DNA from: Acidovorax sp. SCN 68-22
GTDB taxonomy: Bacteria > Pseudomonadota > Gammaproteobacteria > Burkholderiales > Burkholderiaceae_C
Direction of reading: 5' to 3'
DNA: 50,236 nucleotides
Assembly (NCBI GenBank): GCA_001724785.1
Contig: MEDL01000003.1
Coordinates: 1-50,236, forward strand
The notes under the pieces are model-generated. The model was not told the DNA's origin. It made no database searches and saw only the letters and a program-made list of their open reading frames with translations. This document shows positions 47,859 through 50,236 of this stretch, in pieces (the stretch's first letter is position 1; every line of letters begins with the position of its first letter). The translations under genes were made by a program, and so were the position numbers.

Positions 47859-48764
47859 ATGGCTTCCACGGTCTCTACGTCTTCCAACGACACCGTGCCG
47901 GCGATGCCCGGCCCGCTGCTGCAGTTCTGGCACGCTTTCGCCGCCAACAAGGGTGCCGTGTTCGGCTTGGTGATCGTCTGCACCCTGCTGCTGCTGGCAT
48001 TGCTCGCGCCCTGGGTCGCACCGCACGCGCCCGACGAAACCAACAGCGCAGCGTTCCTGCTGCCGCCGGCGTGGCAGGAGGGGGGCTCGGCCACCTACCT
48101 GCTGGGTACCGACGCCATCGGGCGCGACATCCTTTCGCGGTTGATCCACGGTTCGCGCCTGTCGCTGTCCATCGGCGTGGTGGTGGTGCTGCTGGCGCTG
48201 GTGGTGGGCGTCACGCTGGGCCTGATCGCCGGCTTCTACCGCGGCGTGGTCGAGATCGCGATCATGCGCGTCATGGACATCGTGCTCACCCTGCCCAGCC
48301 TGCTGCTGGCCATCGTGATCGTGGCCATCCTCGGGCCGGGCCTGGTCAATGCCATGCTGGCGGTCGCGGTGGTGGTGCTGCCGCACTACGTGCGCATCAC
48401 GCGCGCGGCCGTGATCAGCGAAGTGTCCAAGGACTATGTGACGGCCGCACGGGTCAGCGGCGCGGGGACCCTGCGCCTGATGTTCAGCGAGGTGCTGCCC
48501 AACTGCGCGGCGCCGCTCATCGTCCAGGCTTCGCTCGGTGTTTCTTCGGCCATCCTGGACGCTGCGGCGCTGGGCTTTCTGGGCCTGGGCGCCCAGCCGC
48601 CTTCGCCCGAGTGGGGCACCATGCTGGCCGACGCGCGCGAGTTCGTCATGCGCGCTTGGTGGGTCGTGACTTTCCCTGGCCTGATGATCGTCGTCGCCGT
48701 GCTGGCCTTCAATCTTCTGGGCGACGGCCTGCGCGACGCGCTCGACCCCAAGCTCAAACGCTGA
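47859..48764 (+). CDS. dppC: Dipeptide ABC transporter permease
   Basis: LLGTD..GRDILSRLI.G.R.SL; DYV.AAR..GA; PEWGTML; FNLLGDGLRDALDP. Confidence 0.93.
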   Translation: MASTVSTSSNDTVPAMPGPLLQFWHAFAANKGAVFGLVIVCTLLLLALLAPWVAPHAPDETNSAAFLLPPAWQEGGSATYLLGTDAIGRDILSRLIHGSRLSLSIGVVVVLLALVVGVTLGLIAGFYRGVVEIAIMRVMDIVLTLPSLLLAIVIVAILGPGLVNAMLAVAVVVLPHYVRITRAAVISEVSKDYVTAARVSGAGTLRLMFSEVLPNCAAPLIVQASLGVSSAILDAAALGFLGLGAQPPSPEWGTMLADAREFVMRAWWVVTFPGLMIVVAVLAFNLLGDGLRDALDPKLKR

Positions 48765-48770
48765 CCGACC

Positions 48771-49802
48771 ATGGCATTGCTGGATATCGACCAACTCCAC
48801 GTGGAATTCCCCACCCAGGGCGCGGTGATGCACGCGGTCGAGGGCGTCGGCCTGCAGGTGCGCGAAGGCGAAGTGCTGGGCATCGTGGGCGAATCGGGCT
48901 CGGGCAAGAGCGTCACCATGATGGCGCTGATGGGCCTGATCGCCCCGCCCGGGCGTGTGCGCGCCGAGCGGCTGCAGTTCGACGGGCGCAATCTGCTGGG
49001 CTTGTCCGACAGCGAGCGCCGCCGGCTCACGGGCAAGGACATCGCCATGATCTTCCAGGATCCGACGACCAGCCTGAACCCCTGTTTCACCATCGGTTTC
49101 CAGCTCATCGAAACGCTGCGCCTGCACCTGGGCCTGGACAAGCCGGCGGCGCGCCAGCGGGCCGTGGAGCTGCTCCAGCAGGTGGGCATTCCGGCGGCGG
49201 CGTCGCGCCTGTCGGACTACCCGCACCAGATGTCGGGCGGCATGAACCAGCGCGTGATGATCGCCATGGCCATTGCCTGCAATCCGCGCCTGCTCATCGC
49301 CGATGAGCCGACGACGGCGCTCGACGTCACCATCCAGGCACAGATCCTCGACCTGCTGCGCCAGCTGCAGCGCGAGCGCGGCATGGCGCTGGTGCTGATC
49401 ACGCACAACATGGGCGTGGTCCAGGAAATGGCGCACAGTGTGGCGGTGATGTACGCCGGCCAGGTGGTCGAACAGGGGCCGGTCGAGGCCCTGTTCGCCG
49501 CGCCCCAGCACCCCTACACCGAAGCCCTGCTTGCCGCCATGCCGGAGCAGGCGGCGGCGCACGGCCGCCTGACCACCATCCCGGGCGTGGTGCCCGGCCC
49601 GTACGACCGGCCGGGCGGCTGCCTGTTCGCGCCGCGCTGCCGCTACGCCACCGCGCGCTGCGTGGCGGAGCGCCCGCGGCTGCAGGGCGTGGGGGACGGG
49701 CGCACCGACAGCCTCGTGCGCTGCCACTATCCGCTCGGCGACCCGGAGCGCGAACTGCGCCGCGCGGCCGACGGCGCGCCCGCCCTGGAGGTGGCCGCAT
49801 GA
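48771..49802 (+). CDS. dppD: Dipeptide ABC transporter ATP-binding subunit
   Basis: GESGSGKS; [12 protein letters not shown]; [11 protein letters not shown]; C.F.PRC C-terminal motif. Confidence 0.93.
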   Translation: MALLDIDQLHVEFPTQGAVMHAVEGVGLQVREGEVLGIVGESGSGKSVTMMALMGLIAPPGRVRAERLQFDGRNLLGLSDSERRRLTGKDIAMIFQDPTTSLNPCFTIGFQLIETLRLHLGLDKPAARQRAVELLQQVGIPAAASRLSDYPHQMSGGMNQRVMIAMAIACNPRLLIADEPTTALDVTIQAQILDLLRQLQRERGMALVLITHNMGVVQEMAHSVAVMYAGQVVEQGPVEALFAAPQHPYTEALLAAMPEQAAAHGRLTTIPGVVPGPYDRPGGCLFAPRCRYATARCVAERPRLQGVGDGRTDSLVRCHYPLGDPERELRRAADGAPALEVAA

Positions 49803-50236
49803 GCGCGCCCGGGGTTCCTGTCGTCCAGGCGCGCGACCTGCGTCAGGTGTACACCATCCGGCGCGGCCTGTTCAAGCCGGCGGCGCAGCTGCAGGCCGTG
49901 GGCGGCGTCTCGTTCGAGGTGCACGCGGGCCGGACCTTGGCGGTGGTGGGCGAATCGGGTTGCGGCAAATCGACCCTCGCACGCATGGTCGCCCTCATCG
50001 AGCGACCGGGCGGTGGGCAGCTGTCCATAGGGGGTGCCGACGTGACACGCAGCAGCGAGCACCAGCGGCGCGCCCTGCGCAAGACCGTGCAGCTGGTGTT
50101 CCAGAATCCTTTCGGCTCGCTGAACCCGCGCAAGAAGATCGGCGCCACGCTGGAGGCGCCGCTGGCCATCAACACCACGCTCGGCAAGGACGAGCGCTGG
50201 GCGCGCGCCCGCGCCATGCTCGAGCGCGTGGGCCTG
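49799..50236 (+). CDS. dppF: Dipeptide ABC transporter ATP-binding subunit, partial (runs off window)
   Basis: ATG at 49799 overlaps the dppD stop; reads [14 protein letters not shown]...[14 protein letters not shown]...[12 protein letters not shown]. Not in the ORF track because it has no stop in the window. Confidence 0.9.
   Translation, partial: MSAPGVPVVQARDLRQVYTIRRGLFKPAAQLQAVGGVSFEVHAGRTLAVVGESGCGKSTLARMVALIERPGGGQLSIGGADVTRSSEHQRRALRKTVQLVFQNPFGSLNPRKKIGATLEAPLAINTTLGKDERWARARAMLERVGL

Overview
High-GC chromosomal window, probably from a Comamonadaceae-like betaproteobacterium (inferred from gene content and order). Bases 1-2632 are one end of a Mu-like transposable prophage: portal, a small inserted ORF, gpF, gpG, and a small protein ending in the SSB-tail motif DDIPF. 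The prophage stops at a terminal CA and appears inserted in a host glutathione S-transferase gene. The rest is mostly core genome: degenerate HD-GYP protein, RND efflux operon, glnE/yhdP/nitrilase, OmpA lipoprotein, mltA, Lrp with indolepyruvate oxidoreductase, yajC-secDF, DUF1631, dprA-tsaP, def-lipoprotein-fmt-azlCD, pgk, a FlgO-type lipoprotein pair, pyk, fba, pntAA/AB/B, fadD and dppBCDF. The strongest unexplained signals are four. (1) A ~65-bp AT-rich dispersed repeat (TAGCTR-N18-GCGCT) occurs five times; two copies lie inside proteins (in frame in fmt, and forming the C-terminus and stop of the RND adaptor plus the next gene's Shine-Dalgarno). (2) A three-way-junction sRNA candidate at ~3183-3280 has a 24-nt all-pyrimidine anti-Shine-Dalgarno-like loop. 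(3) The phage encodes an SSB-tail mimic. (4) The prophage/GST junction creates an in-frame chimeric ORF. No tRNA, rRNA or CRISPR array was seen. All family assignments come from motif recognition by eye; no searches were run.
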